This document shows positions 40,531 through 50,532 of a stretch of 60,289 nucleotides of DNA, piece after piece. The stretch's first letter is position 1. Each line of letters starts with the position of its first letter. Source of the DNA: Aquificota bacterium. GTDB taxonomy: Bacteria > Aquificota > Aquificia > Aquificales > Aquificaceae. The notes beneath the pieces are model-generated. The model was not told the DNA's origin, made no database searches, and worked only from the letters and a program-made list of their open reading frames with translations. The stretch lies in NCBI GenBank assembly GCA_030950545.1, contig JAUZRJ010000024.1, forward strand, positions 1 to 60,289. The letters run 5' to 3'. Both the position numbers and the translations under genes were made by a program.

Positions 40531-40616
40531 ATATCGGGTTTGCTAAAGGGAAGGGAAGTTTTATCGTTAAATATTAAGCGAACGGGTCTACCTTCAGGAA
40601 GGAGGGTGGACACAAA

Positions 40617-40901
40617 GTGAGGAAGAAAACCTATGTCTTCGATGAAGATACACTTGAGATCCTGGAAAATCTCAAGTGCAGTATGAACAAAAAGGAAATA
40701 AGCATAATAAAAGACGCCCTTAAGATGTACTATGATGTGCATAATAACCAAGAAAACCTTTACAAAGCCCTGAACGAAATAATCTGTCAGCTGAATTACA
40801 TAGCTTCAAAGATAGAAAAGCTCAGTTTTGAACTCGGAAGGTGCAAGGAGAGGAACAAACACCTTGAGGACATGCTGAGAAAACTCGTAGGAGATGTGTA
40901 G
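40617..40901 (+). CDS. Small ribbon-helix-helix-like/coiled-coil protein (paralog 1)
   Basis: GGAGG SD; alternating KKTYVF strand followed by two helices; clear paralog of 56136-56432. Confidence 0.7.
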   Translation: MRKKTYVFDEDTLEILENLKCSMNKKEISIIKDALKMYYDVHNNQENLYKALNEIICQLNYIASKIEKLSFELGRCKERNKHLEDMLRKLVGDV

Positions 40902-40924
40902 TAGCCTGTCCTATCCTAATATTT

Positions 40925-43060
40925 ATGCGGTTCCTGAGGAAAATCATGAAACACACCATCTATAGAAATGTAACCGTTTTCATACTCGCTGTGGCCTTCA
41001 CGGTGGCGGTTGTCTCTACCGCGGTTGTGGTTTCAGCGGTGGTGAACATAAGCACGGGCGGGCAGGGCGGACCCGCGTTAGTCAAACTGCTCGCCTTCGT
41101 GTTCCTAACCCCGATCCTCGGGGCTCTCACGGTCACATACATCCTGAGGAGGAAGATAGCCCTCGCCATAAAGCTCATCAGGGAGGAGATGAACAGGGTC
41201 AGATCCCTCGAAGACCTTTCGGATATGAGCTTCAAAAAGGTGGACTTCGGCTTTGAGGAGCTCAACGAGATAAGGACGGGTCTGGTTGAGCTGGTAGAGA
41301 GGCTGAACAGGGTTGCGGTAGACAGGAAGACCTTTGAGCTGGAGCTCAGGCTACTTCAGAAGCTGATCATAACCTCGGAGGTGGTGAGGGACTGGAGAAA
41401 GGTGGCAAGAGCTGTATTGAAGAACCTGAACAACGTGATCCGCTTCTCCTACACCTTCCTGGTGTTTTCGGAGGGAGGGAAGAACACGGTATACGTTTTC
41501 TGGAACACAAAAAGGGACAGAAGGGTAGAGGACCTCATAAAGGACAGGCTGGGGGAGGTCGGGGAGTTTAACCATCTTGAGCTGACCCATGCGGGCGTGA
41601 ACGCTCCTGTGTCCGCTGGAAGCCTGAGATTGAGAAAGCTAAGGAGACCGTCGATCGGAGGAGCGCTCGCCTGCGGAATGGAGGTCCTCACTCCCCTCCA
41701 CGGGGAAGAGGTCAGGGTGATCGATAACTTCCTCCTCGTTTTACTTCAGGTGATAGGCTCCCTGAAGGCGGTAGATGAGTTCACGGGAAAGCTTGAGTAC
41801 TACGCGACAAGGGACCCTCTGACAGGTCTTTACAACCAGAGGGTGTTCTGGGAGATGCTGAGCTACGAGGTGGAAAGGGCAAAAAGGAGAGGATACAAAT
41901 TCTCCCTGCTGGTTGTTGACATAGACAACTTCAAGCTGATAAACGACACCTACGGTCATGAGTTCGGTGATGAGGTTTTAAGGAGGGTGGCGGACACTCT
42001 GAGGGACAGCGTCAGGAAGGAGGACATAGTTGCAAGGTACGGAGGTGATGAGTTTGCAGTGATCCTGCCCTACTCCTCGGGCGAACAGGCTGTACACATA
42101 GCGGACAGGATAGTGGAGAGTATAGGCAACCTGAAGTTCAGCTCGCCCGACGGTAAGACCATAAAAGTGTCCGTATCCGTAGGTGTAGCGGTTTTCCCGG
42201 ACCACGCACAGGAGGTAAAGCATCTGTTTCTTATAGCGGACAACATGATGTACAGGGCAAAAGAGGAGGGTAAGAGCAAGGTCCTTCTGCCCAAGGAGAC
42301 GGACATAGAGGAGACATCCAGAAAGCTCGGAGAGAAGGGCCTGATGATAATAGAGGCGGTAGAAAACAGGAATGTCTTTCCCGTCTTCCAGCCCATAGTT
42401 GACCTGAGGACATCGGAGCTTCACGCCTACGAGGTCCTGATGAGGCTGGAGACGGAGGACAGGATACTGAGCGCAGGGGAGTTCATACCGCTGGCGGAGA
42501 GCATGGGTCTGGTTCACAAACTCGACTACATACTCATGGAAAAGGCCCTGAAGGAGGTGGCGGACAGCGGTTTTAACGGGAAGGTCTTCTTCAACCTGTC
42601 CCCGAGGGCTCTAATACTGGAGGATTTCATAGAGAACATACTCAGTATAGTGAAAAACAGCGGTGTGGACCCCGGGAGGATAGTCTTTGAGCTTACAGAG
42701 AGGGACACGGTGAAGAACTTAGAACTGCTGAAGGTGTTCGTGAACAGGCTAAAGGATCAGGGGTTCAGTTTCGCCATAGACGACTTCGGTGCGGGTTTTG
42801 CCTCTTTTATGTATCTCAAACACTTTCCTGTGGACTACATAAAGATAGAAGGTGAGTTCATAAGGTCCCTTGTGTCCAGCAGTGTGGACAGGGCTTTCGT
42901 TCTCAGCATAACCACCATGTGCAACCACCTAAACATAAAGACAGTTGCGGAGTTTGTAGAGGATGAGACCATACTGAAGGCGGTCAAAGACATAGGTATA
43001 GACTACGCTCAGGGTTTTTACGTGGGCAAACCTGTACAAAAGCCAGAAAAATACGGTTGA
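40925..43060 (+). CDS. Membrane-anchored diguanylate cyclase/phosphodiesterase (2TM-HAMP-like-GGDEF-EAL)
   Basis: Two TM helices, RDPLTG, RKED I-site, GGDEF, EVLMR, DDFGAG, QG. Confidence 0.92.
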   Translation: MRFLRKIMKHTIYRNVTVFILAVAFTVAVVSTAVVVSAVVNISTGGQGGPALVKLLAFVFLTPILGALTVTYILRRKIALAIKLIREEMNRVRSLEDLSDMSFKKVDFGFEELNEIRTGLVELVERLNRVAVDRKTFELELRLLQKLIITSEVVRDWRKVARAVLKNLNNVIRFSYTFLVFSEGGKNTVYVFWNTKRDRRVEDLIKDRLGEVGEFNHLELTHAGVNAPVSAGSLRLRKLRRPSIGGALACGMEVLTPLHGEEVRVIDNFLLVLLQVIGSLKAVDEFTGKLEYYATRDPLTGLYNQRVFWEMLSYEVERAKRRGYKFSLLVVDIDNFKLINDTYGHEFGDEVLRRVADTLRDSVRKEDIVARYGGDEFAVILPYSSGEQAVHIADRIVESIGNLKFSSPDGKTIKVSVSVGVAVFPDHAQEVKHLFLIADNMMYRAKEEGKSKVLLPKETDIEETSRKLGEKGLMIIEAVENRNVFPVFQPIVDLRTSELHAYEVLMRLETEDRILSAGEFIPLAESMGLVHKLDYILMEKALKEVADSGFNGKVFFNLSPRALILEDFIENILSIVKNSGVDPGRIVFELTERDTVKNLELLKVFVNRLKDQGFSFAIDDFGAGFASFMYLKHFPVDYIKIEGEFIRSLVSSSVDRAFVLSITTMCNHLNIKTVAEFVEDETILKAVKDIGIDYAQGFYVGKPVQKPEKYG

Positions 43061-43104
43061 AATCCGGATTGAAACCTTTGGTTTTTTCGTTGATCTTACT
43101 TTTA

Positions 43105-43446
43105 ATGCGGGTTCTCGTAATTTCCAGGTCCAAGTTTTTCAGAGAGGCGGTCAGGTTCATAATCCAGGATATGGTGGATAAGGTTGAGACCACGGAGAGA
43201 CCTGACAGCGTCAAGGATGTAGGGGACTACGACCTTATACTTTGTGACCTCTCCTGCTTTGATGAACCCCGTAAGATCGCGGATATACTCAGAGCCTTCA
43301 AGGAGCGCGGTGTCAGGGTCGTGGTCTTTTCCTTTGACCCTGCGGAGAGGTTCAGAGACTTTATCACCCGTGCGGGGGCTGACGGCTACATCCACAGACC
43401 TTTAGACCCTGAATCCGTCAGGGACCTTATATCCAGGATCCGTTAA
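43105..43446 (+). CDS. Atypical stand-alone receiver domain protein
   Basis: Receiver fold pattern (DLILCD, GADGYIHRP) but no acidic DD pocket and K->R. Start at ATG 43105. Confidence 0.7.
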   Translation: MRVLVISRSKFFREAVRFIIQDMVDKVETTERPDSVKDVGDYDLILCDLSCFDEPRKIADILRAFKERGVRVVVFSFDPAERFRDFITRAGADGYIHRPLDPESVRDLISRIR

Positions 43447-43507
43447 ACTCACAGGTTTCTGTCCGAAATTAAAAAAAAGAGGTCCCCCCTTGCGGAGGTG
43501 AGATGAT

Positions 43508-45400
43508 ATGAAAGAGATACTCCCGCCCGAGGAAGGAACGGTAAAGACCGGTACAGGTACAAGGGTTTTGAGGCAGAGGCAGACCAGGACGTCCGCCAAA
43601 AGGCAGGCACTCGTGGAAAGGATAGCTTCCGCGGCGGAGGAGGTCGCCGCTTCCATAGCTGAGATCTCGTCCGCCACCGAGCAGGCCAAGAGGTCCGCGG
43701 ACACGGTGGCGTCCGCAGCGGAGGAGGCGGCCAGGTCAACCGAAGAGAACAGGAGGGCGGTAGATCTCATAGCGGACCTCGTAAAAAAGGGCATAGACGA
43801 GGCCAACAGGCTTCACGGTATGGTTCTGGACCTCCAGAGGAAGACCCATAACCTCTCCCAGGTGATAAACTCCCTCTCCGAGAGCATACTCGACACCGCG
43901 GGGAAGATAGAGGGAACCTCCGAGACGGTTGAGGTCATAGAGAGGATCTCGCAGGACGTGGAGAGGTTCACGGGCTCCATACTCAAGATAGCGGACAGGG
44001 TGAACCTCCTCGCCCTGAACGCAGCCATAGAGGCTGCAAAGGCGGGGGAACACGGTAGGGGCTTCTCGGTGGTTGCGGAAGAGGTCAGGATAATGACCGA
44101 GATGTCCGAGAAGAACGCGGGCGAGATACAGAAGATCCTGAGCGATATAGTTGAGAGCATAAAAGGCCTCGTGGAGAGGATGGGTTCCCTGGTTCGGGAG
44201 GCTAAGGACCAGGTTGAGGTTATGAGGCAGGTGGTCTCGGAGTTCAACGACATACTGAAGATGATCCAGGACCTGGCGACCGCTGTGGAGGACTTCATAA
44301 GCCTTTACAGGGAGGAGATGAACGCCCTGGAGGAGCTGAGAAACAGCTCAGAACAGGTGGCTTCCGCCGCTGCGGAACAGTCGTCCGCTGCGGAGGAGAT
44401 CTCGAGGTCCGTGGGTGAGCTCGCGACCGCCATGGAGGAGATAAACTCCGCAGCGGAGGAGCTGAGGAGGATGGCGGTCGAGCTGAGGGACGCCACCTCA
44501 ATAGAGGACAAGGCTGCGGAACAGATAGCCGCGGCGGCGGAACAGCTCTCCGCGTCCGTGGAAGAGTTCACGGGGAGCATAGAGCAGGTCAAGCAGGCGG
44601 TGGACCAGCTCTCAGCTGCAGCGGAGGAGCAGGCGAGGTCCGCGGAGGGCATGTTCAACCTGGCCAGGAACATGAAAACCGCTTCCGAAAACGTCCTGAA
44701 GAGTGCGGAGGGTAGCCTTGAGGTCCTGGACAGGGCTATGGAACCTTACAGGAAGGGGAAGGAGTCCCTTACGGGAGCCAGAAAGAACCTGGAGAGGCTC
44801 AGAACAGGTATAGAGGAGACCCTAGAAGGTATAAGGAACCTGAGAAGGAAGACGGTGAACATGAACAGGATAGTGGGCAAGCTTGAGCTGATAATGGTTC
44901 AGACCAACATGCTCTCGGTAAACGGCTTCATAGAGGCGGCAAGATCAGGGGAGTTCGGGAAGGGTTTTGAGGTCGTGTCTTCGGACATAAAGAACCTATC
45001 CATGGAGGGGAACGAGAACATAGACAATCTCCAGAGCAGTCTGGCCCGTATAGACGACCAGTTCGACGTGTTCACCCAGAAGCTGACGGTCGTTTCCGCG
45101 GAGGTGCTCTCCGACATGGACACCGCGTCCAAAGCGGGGTCAAGCGCGGAGGAGTGTGTGGGGATAACGAAGGAAGCCCACAGCCTCCTGTCCGCCACGG
45201 TGGAGGGCTCGAGAGAGATCCTCAGTAAGGTGGAAGGCATAGTGTCCTCCACAGAACAGATAGCCTCCGCAGCGGAGGAGACGTCCAGAACCACCAGCGA
45301 GCTCGCTCAGGCGGTCGGACAGATAGAACAGGCCATAAAACAGATCTCTCAGGCCATAGATGAACTTGCTGCGGTTGCGGACGAGCTTCAGGCCTACTGA
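43508..45400 (+). CDS. Cytoplasmic chemoreceptor with two signalling domains (DosM-like)
   Basis: No TM. Two hairpin tips, [28 protein letters not shown] and [28 protein letters not shown]; many AAEE/AAEQ methylation sites. Confidence 0.88.
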   Translation: MKEILPPEEGTVKTGTGTRVLRQRQTRTSAKRQALVERIASAAEEVAASIAEISSATEQAKRSADTVASAAEEAARSTEENRRAVDLIADLVKKGIDEANRLHGMVLDLQRKTHNLSQVINSLSESILDTAGKIEGTSETVEVIERISQDVERFTGSILKIADRVNLLALNAAIEAAKAGEHGRGFSVVAEEVRIMTEMSEKNAGEIQKILSDIVESIKGLVERMGSLVREAKDQVEVMRQVVSEFNDILKMIQDLATAVEDFISLYREEMNALEELRNSSEQVASAAAEQSSAAEEISRSVGELATAMEEINSAAEELRRMAVELRDATSIEDKAAEQIAAAAEQLSASVEEFTGSIEQVKQAVDQLSAAAEEQARSAEGMFNLARNMKTASENVLKSAEGSLEVLDRAMEPYRKGKESLTGARKNLERLRTGIEETLEGIRNLRRKTVNMNRIVGKLELIMVQTNMLSVNGFIEAARSGEFGKGFEVVSSDIKNLSMEGNENIDNLQSSLARIDDQFDVFTQKLTVVSAEVLSDMDTASKAGSSAEECVGITKEAHSLLSATVEGSREILSKVEGIVSSTEQIASAAEETSRTTSELAQAVGQIEQAIKQISQAIDELAAVADELQAY

Positions 45401-46806
45401 TGGGTGAGCTGATAAGCCTTCTCGTCTTCAGGGTAAAGGATCAGGAGTTCTCCTGCGAGACGGACACGGTGGTTGAAACGGTCAGGGTTGACAGGGTGTT
45501 TCCCGTTCCCTTAGCCCCTAATTACATAAGGGGTGTTATGAACCTGAGGAACAACGTTATACCTCTGGTGGACGTGAGGTCACTCCTCTGGGGTGAGAGG
45601 TCCTCGGGAGACACCGCGGTTATAGTCCAGGAAGGGGACAGGGTGGTGGGGCTTCTCGTGGACACGGTGGTAGGTATACACGAGGTAAGCCCGAAAGAGG
45701 TCAGGAAGGTGCGTGAGGAGGAGGTGGAGGGTATAAAGCGGGAGTTCGTAAGGGGGACCTTCAAGAGGAACAACAGGGTGATCTTCCTTATAGACCTGAA
45801 GCCGATAACGGGGGTGAAAAGACCCGCCCGCAGGAGGGGTGAGGTAAAGAGGGTAAGCCTGAAGGATTCGGGCGGAGGGGTCTCTAGGGAGAACCTGAAG
45901 GGCTTCGTGATATTCCCGGGAGGCGGGGAGTGGTTTGCTCTTCCCGTTGAGGAGGTGAGGGAGATAATAGACTATCCCTCAAGCGTCTCACGGATACCCG
46001 GAGCTCCCGAATACATGGAAGGTGTCTTCCTCCTGAGGGGTGAGGAGCTCGTCCTTGTATCCTTCTGCAGGGCTCTGGGTGTGGGCGGGTGCGGAGAGGA
46101 GAAGAGGGCTATCGTGGTGTCCCCGAACCTAGGCAAGGTAGCCCTGGGCGTTGAGGACGTTAAGGAGATAAGATGGGTGGACGAAAAGTCCTTACTGCAT
46201 ATGGATAAGGAAGGGTCCAGAGGGGTATTAGCCCTGGATGGAGGGGAGAGGCTGGTCCTGGTGCTGAGCGTGAGCGATGTGGTGAGGCGGGAGGATGTGG
46301 AAGGAATGTCCGGGCGGGGGGAGGAAAGGGAAACAGGTCAGGAGGTCAAGGAGATGAGGAGTTTCGTCAGCTTCACCGTGGGTGGTGTTGAGATGGCTAT
46401 AGCCATAGAGAAGGTGAAGGAGGTTATAGAGGTTGGCTCCCTGACACCCATGCCCGGTGCCCCCGACCACGTGGAGGGCGTGTACAACCTCAGGAATTCG
46501 GTCATAGCTGTGTCCTCCCTGCCCAAAAGGCTGGGCATAGACGGGGAGGAATCCGACAAGGTGATCGTGCTGGAGAACATACCCGTAGGCTTCAGGGTCA
46601 CTAAGCTGAAGGGCATACTCAGGGTCGAAGAAAAGGACATACAACCCGCGGACCAGATAACCGAGGCGGAGGAGAAGGTGCTGGAGGGTGTCATAAGGAC
46701 CGGAGATGGAGGGGTGATATTCGTCCTCGACCCTAAGAAGCTGGTTAAGGAGGAAGACATAAAGTTCCTTAAGGAGGGTGTAGCGGAGGATGAGGGCAAA
46801 CGGTGA
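45400..46806 (+). CDS. cheW: Triple-domain CheW adaptor
   Basis: Three repeats: VPLAPNYIRGVMNLRN, IPGAPEYMEGVFLLRG and MPGAPDHVEGVYNLRN. Confidence 0.9.
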   Translation: MGELISLLVFRVKDQEFSCETDTVVETVRVDRVFPVPLAPNYIRGVMNLRNNVIPLVDVRSLLWGERSSGDTAVIVQEGDRVVGLLVDTVVGIHEVSPKEVRKVREEEVEGIKREFVRGTFKRNNRVIFLIDLKPITGVKRPARRRGEVKRVSLKDSGGGVSRENLKGFVIFPGGGEWFALPVEEVREIIDYPSSVSRIPGAPEYMEGVFLLRGEELVLVSFCRALGVGGCGEEKRAIVVSPNLGKVALGVEDVKEIRWVDEKSLLHMDKEGSRGVLALDGGERLVLVLSVSDVVRREDVEGMSGRGEERETGQEVKEMRSFVSFTVGGVEMAIAIEKVKEVIEVGSLTPMPGAPDHVEGVYNLRNSVIAVSSLPKRLGIDGEESDKVIVLENIPVGFRVTKLKGILRVEEKDIQPADQITEAEEKVLEGVIRTGDGGVIFVLDPKKLVKEEDIKFLKEGVAEDEGKR

Positions 46807-47932
46807 GGACGTTCTTAAGGTCTCCCGCATAATACTGAACACCGCGAAGGCTACTGAGGAGTTTCTGGAAACCTCCTGCACCCTTGAGCTCGACCGTGTG
46901 TTCGGTACCGTTCTTGAGAAGCTGAACGTCTTCTTCAGGAGAGTCGAGAGGAGCTTTAAGGACTTCGTAGTGTTCGAGAGGTACGTTACCTGCGCCTACA
47001 CAAGGGAAGAGGGCTACTCCCTAAGGGATATACCGGAAGAGGTGAAGGAAAGGGTATACGACCTCAGGGACAACGATGAGGTGTGCGGTTTCACGGGAAA
47101 AGAGTGCATCTGCAAAAAGTCCTTTGAGTTCTTCAAAAGCAGGTTCACAGAAAAGATATCCGCCATGATGTCCTCGGGAGACTTTCTGAGGTCAGAGTCG
47201 GACAGGCTCAAGAAGAACATGGAGAACCTGGGAACGAGGGTGGAGTCCCTGACAGATATAGCCAGAAAGATAATGAACATAGCGGAGCTCATAGAGATAA
47301 TAGCCCTGAACGCCTACATAGAGGCTGCGAGACTCGGAGACCAGGGACGGAGCTTCAAGGTGATAGCGGATGAGGTGAGGAGGGCTTCCGTCAAGACCAA
47401 CGAGCTCGCCTCGGAGATAGTTGAGTCCATAAAGAACCTCCAGAAATCCTTTCAGGACCAGATGGAGGTCCACAGGGAGTTCCACAGGAGCATGGAAAAC
47501 CTAGAGAAGGAGCAGACCAGCTTCTCTGAAGACCTGAACAGGGACCTCCTGTGGATGGCCCAGAACTTCATAGACTTTCTTGAGTACATGAGGACGTTCG
47601 TGAAGGAGGACATGGACCTCTTAGGGGACGTCAGGAACACGATCATGTCCGTCCTCCAGACCATAGACCTGACAAACCAGAGGGTCGGGAACACCGCAAA
47701 AGCCCTCAGCATACTGGCGGACATGATAGGGGAGTTTGAGAAGCTCGTGAAAGGAGAGAAGGAGCTCGAAGAGGTAAGGAGCAGGATCGAGTCCCTCTAC
47801 GAGGATTTCAGAAAGATACCCAAGCTCAGGGAAGAAAGGGAGATAATAGCGAGAACCGAGGGGCGCGGTCTTGAGACCGGGAGGGTAGGGGAGAAGATCG
47901 AGGATCTGGAAACGGACGTAGAACTCTTCTGA
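46790..47932 (+). CDS. Soluble MCP-like protein with C-terminal pentapeptide
   Basis: IIALNAYIEAARLGDQGRSFKVIADEVR; no TM; ends in DVELF. Confidence 0.8.
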   Translation: MRANGEDVLKVSRIILNTAKATEEFLETSCTLELDRVFGTVLEKLNVFFRRVERSFKDFVVFERYVTCAYTREEGYSLRDIPEEVKERVYDLRDNDEVCGFTGKECICKKSFEFFKSRFTEKISAMMSSGDFLRSESDRLKKNMENLGTRVESLTDIARKIMNIAELIEIIALNAYIEAARLGDQGRSFKVIADEVRRASVKTNELASEIVESIKNLQKSFQDQMEVHREFHRSMENLEKEQTSFSEDLNRDLLWMAQNFIDFLEYMRTFVKEDMDLLGDVRNTIMSVLQTIDLTNQRVGNTAKALSILADMIGEFEKLVKGEKELEEVRSRIESLYEDFRKIPKLREEREIIARTEGRGLETGRVGEKIEDLETDVELF

Positions 47933-47944
47933 GGAGGTGGTCCC

Positions 47945-48301
47945 ATGAAGAGGGCCCTTGCGGTCGATGACTCCGCGACAATGAGGAATCTAGTGAAGAT
48001 GGCCCTTGAGTCCGTGGGCTTCCAGGTTGACACCGCGGAGAACGGCCAGGTCGCTCTGGACCTCACCAGAAAGAACTCCTACGACCTGATAATAACCGAC
48101 ATAAACATGCCTGTAATGAACGGCCTTGAGTTCCTGAGGGAGTTCAGGGCGGTGAACAGAACAACACCGGTCCTTGTACTTACCACGGAGACAGAAACCG
48201 CAAAGAAGGAGGAGGCAAAGAGGCTCGGGGCGACGGGGTGGATAGTGAAGCCCTTCAAGCCCGAGGACCTCGTCAAGGTTGTGAAGAGGGTGGTCAGATG
48301 A
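47945..48301 (+). CDS. cheY: Chemotaxis response regulator
   Basis: VDDS, TDINMP, LTTE, KPF. Confidence 0.92.
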   Translation: MKRALAVDDSATMRNLVKMALESVGFQVDTAENGQVALDLTRKNSYDLIITDINMPVMNGLEFLREFRAVNRTTPVLVLTTETETAKKEEAKRLGATGWIVKPFKPEDLVKVVKRVVR

Positions 48302-50532
48302 AGTACCTGATAAAGTTCCGCCTGGGCAGGAGCGTCTTTGAGAGGGCTATAGACCCCAGGATGTACGTGGAGGACCTCAAAGAGCTGGGCAAGGCGGAGG
48401 TGAAGGTGATCAGGGAGAACATACCGGGTCCCGAAGAGGAGCCGACGGACGACCACTGCTTCCACGCGGACATAACGCTGGAGACCGAAAAGGGGAAGGA
48501 GGAGATCTTAGAGCTCCTTGAGTTCATACTTGAGGACGGCGTAGAGGTCACCGTCCTGGAAGGAGAGGAGAAGCGGGAAAGCAAGGAGGAGGAAAAGAAA
48601 GAAGACGACGTTCCTCCTGCCCTTCTTGAAAACTACAGGCTGGAAACCGAGGAGCTTCTCTCCAGGCTGAGGACATCTCTTGACGAGCTCGCTCAGAACC
48701 CGGGAAGCCCCGAGCTTATAAACGAGGTGTTCAGGAGCTTCCACACACTGAAGGGAAACACGGGCCTCATACTCTCCTACAGAGAGGAGAGCAACCTGAG
48801 GTACATCCACGAGATAACCCACAGGGCGGAGACGGTCCTCCAGAAGGCGAGGGATACAGGGATAGGCCTGACAAACAGGCAGGTGGAGATCCTCCAGGAG
48901 ATAGTTGACAGGCTCGATGACCTGTTCCTCGCCTTCACGGAAGGAAGGGAGGAGGACGCGGAGGACGTGTTCACGCTCCTTGAGGACCTCGGCTCTGTAG
49001 AGGAGAAAAAGGAGAAGCTCGTAAACGGAGAGGGCCTTACCGCGGACGTGTCCGCCCTTTTGAACGTCGCATCTCAGTATATACCTGTGTTCAGGGAGCT
49101 CTGCTCGAAGGGTGATATAAACCAGGAAGAAGAGGAGTTTTTCAGGAGGTCCCTGCTCACCCTCTACAAGGTCACCAAAGACCTGGGGTTTAAGGATCTC
49201 AACAGAAAGATAAAGGACCTCCAGAACGCCTTCGGAAACGTGGACTTCAAAGAGTTCTGCGAAGGTCTGGAGGACCTCGCACGGGAGATCCAGAAAATGG
49301 TAGAGGAGAAGTCCAGGGAGGCCAAAGAGGAGAAGAAGAAGGAGGAAAAGAAGGCCTTTGACGCGTCCAGATACATAACCAGAACGGGATACCTCAAGGT
49401 GGAGGAGTCCACAGTAAAGGACCTGATGGACATAGTCGGTGAGCTGTCTGTCTTCAAGGAGTGGATATACCTGTTTGCGACAAAGCTCGACAGGGTCTAC
49501 CGCGTTCCCGAAGCCAGCAGGGAGCTCAAGGATAACATAAGGAGGTTCAGAAGCCTTATGGACAGCCTCCAGAGAACTGTCCTCGAGATGAGGATGGTTC
49601 CTGTCTCCACGCTCTTTGAGAGGTTTCCCAAGCTTGTCAGGGACCTCTCCAGAATGCTCGGGAAAAAGGTGAAGCTCCAGATAGAGGGAGGAGAGACCAA
49701 GCTCGACAAGGTCATAGTGGAGAAGATAGCGGAGCCGATGATACATCTGATCAGAAACGCGGTGGACCACGGCATAGAAACCCCCGAGGAGAGGGAAAAA
49801 CTGGGAAAGCCCGTTGAGGGAACGGTAAAGATAACCGCTTACCAGGAAGGAGGTTCAGTTATCATAGAGGTCTCCGATGACGGAAGGGGCATAGACGTTG
49901 ATAAGGTTTGGGAAAAGGCACTGGAGAGAGGCCTTTACACGGAGGAGGAGCTTTCGGAAATGAGCGAGGAGGAGATAATGCAGATAATCTTCCAGCCGGG
50001 CTTCTCGACAAAAGACCAGGCCACGGAGCTGTCCGGCAGGGGCGTGGGTATGGACGTTGTGGCGAACGCGGTCAGGGAGTTCGGTGGAGAGGTTCAGGTC
50101 CGTAGCCAGAGGTACGCGGGTACCACGGTCAGGCTCACCCTGCCCCTCACCTTAGCCATAAGGAAGGTCCTGCTCGTGAGGATCGGAGAGGTCACCTTCG
50201 GGATACCCGCGGAGAACGTGGGTGAGGTCATAAAGGTGAGCGGTAGCTCCGTAAAATCCCTCAAAGGCACAAGGGTCATATACCACAGGGGAAAGGTCCT
50301 GGAGCTTGAGTTTCTGGGTGAGAAACTGGGTATAAAGAACGAGCAGAACGGAACGGTGACCCTGCTCGTGGACAACCACCTGACCAGAGGTGTCGTGGTG
50401 GACGAGGTCATAAGCACCATAGACACGGTTGTAAAGCCCATACCCGACATCATAGCGACCGCGGAGGAGATAAGCGGTATAACCATACTGGGTGACGGGA
50501 GCGTCGTTTACATACTGGAGGTCCTCAAGTGA
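48298..50532 (+). CDS. cheA: Chemotaxis histidine kinase
   Basis: Hpt FRSFHTLKG, HLIRNAVDHG, DDGRG, GFST, GRGVG, C-terminal CheW domain. Start at ATG 48298. Confidence 0.95.
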   Translation: MKYLIKFRLGRSVFERAIDPRMYVEDLKELGKAEVKVIRENIPGPEEEPTDDHCFHADITLETEKGKEEILELLEFILEDGVEVTVLEGEEKRESKEEEKKEDDVPPALLENYRLETEELLSRLRTSLDELAQNPGSPELINEVFRSFHTLKGNTGLILSYREESNLRYIHEITHRAETVLQKARDTGIGLTNRQVEILQEIVDRLDDLFLAFTEGREEDAEDVFTLLEDLGSVEEKKEKLVNGEGLTADVSALLNVASQYIPVFRELCSKGDINQEEEEFFRRSLLTLYKVTKDLGFKDLNRKIKDLQNAFGNVDFKEFCEGLEDLAREIQKMVEEKSREAKEEKKKEEKKAFDASRYITRTGYLKVEESTVKDLMDIVGELSVFKEWIYLFATKLDRVYRVPEASRELKDNIRRFRSLMDSLQRTVLEMRMVPVSTLFERFPKLVRDLSRMLGKKVKLQIEGGETKLDKVIVEKIAEPMIHLIRNAVDHGIETPEEREKLGKPVEGTVKITAYQEGGSVIIEVSDDGRGIDVDKVWEKALERGLYTEEELSEMSEEEIMQIIFQPGFSTKDQATELSGRGVGMDVVANAVREFGGEVQVRSQRYAGTTVRLTLPLTLAIRKVLLVRIGEVTFGIPAENVGEVIKVSGSSVKSLKGTRVIYHRGKVLELEFLGEKLGIKNEQNGTVTLLVDNHLTRGVVVDEVISTIDTVVKPIPDIIATAEEISGITILGDGSVVYILEVLK

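Noticed and set aside
40383-40555. AAGGGAAGGG repeated at about 40383 and 40546, with its reverse complement near 56084
   Set aside because: Low-complexity purine tract with inconsistent orientation and spacing; not enough to call a site.
40349-40616. c-di-GMP riboswitch upstream of RHH-1/GGDEF-EAL
   Set aside because: Could not identify the GEMM two-hairpin core by eye; an Rfam covariance search would settle it.
40470-40751. 93-aa minus-strand ORF overlapping RHH-1
   Set aside because: Antisense to a gene supported by an SD and a paralog, and it spans promoter-like AT-rich DNA.
43600-45390. Repeated GCGGAGGAG-type sequences
   Set aside because: These encode MCP methylation heptads (AAEE); they are not a DNA repeat array or CRISPR.
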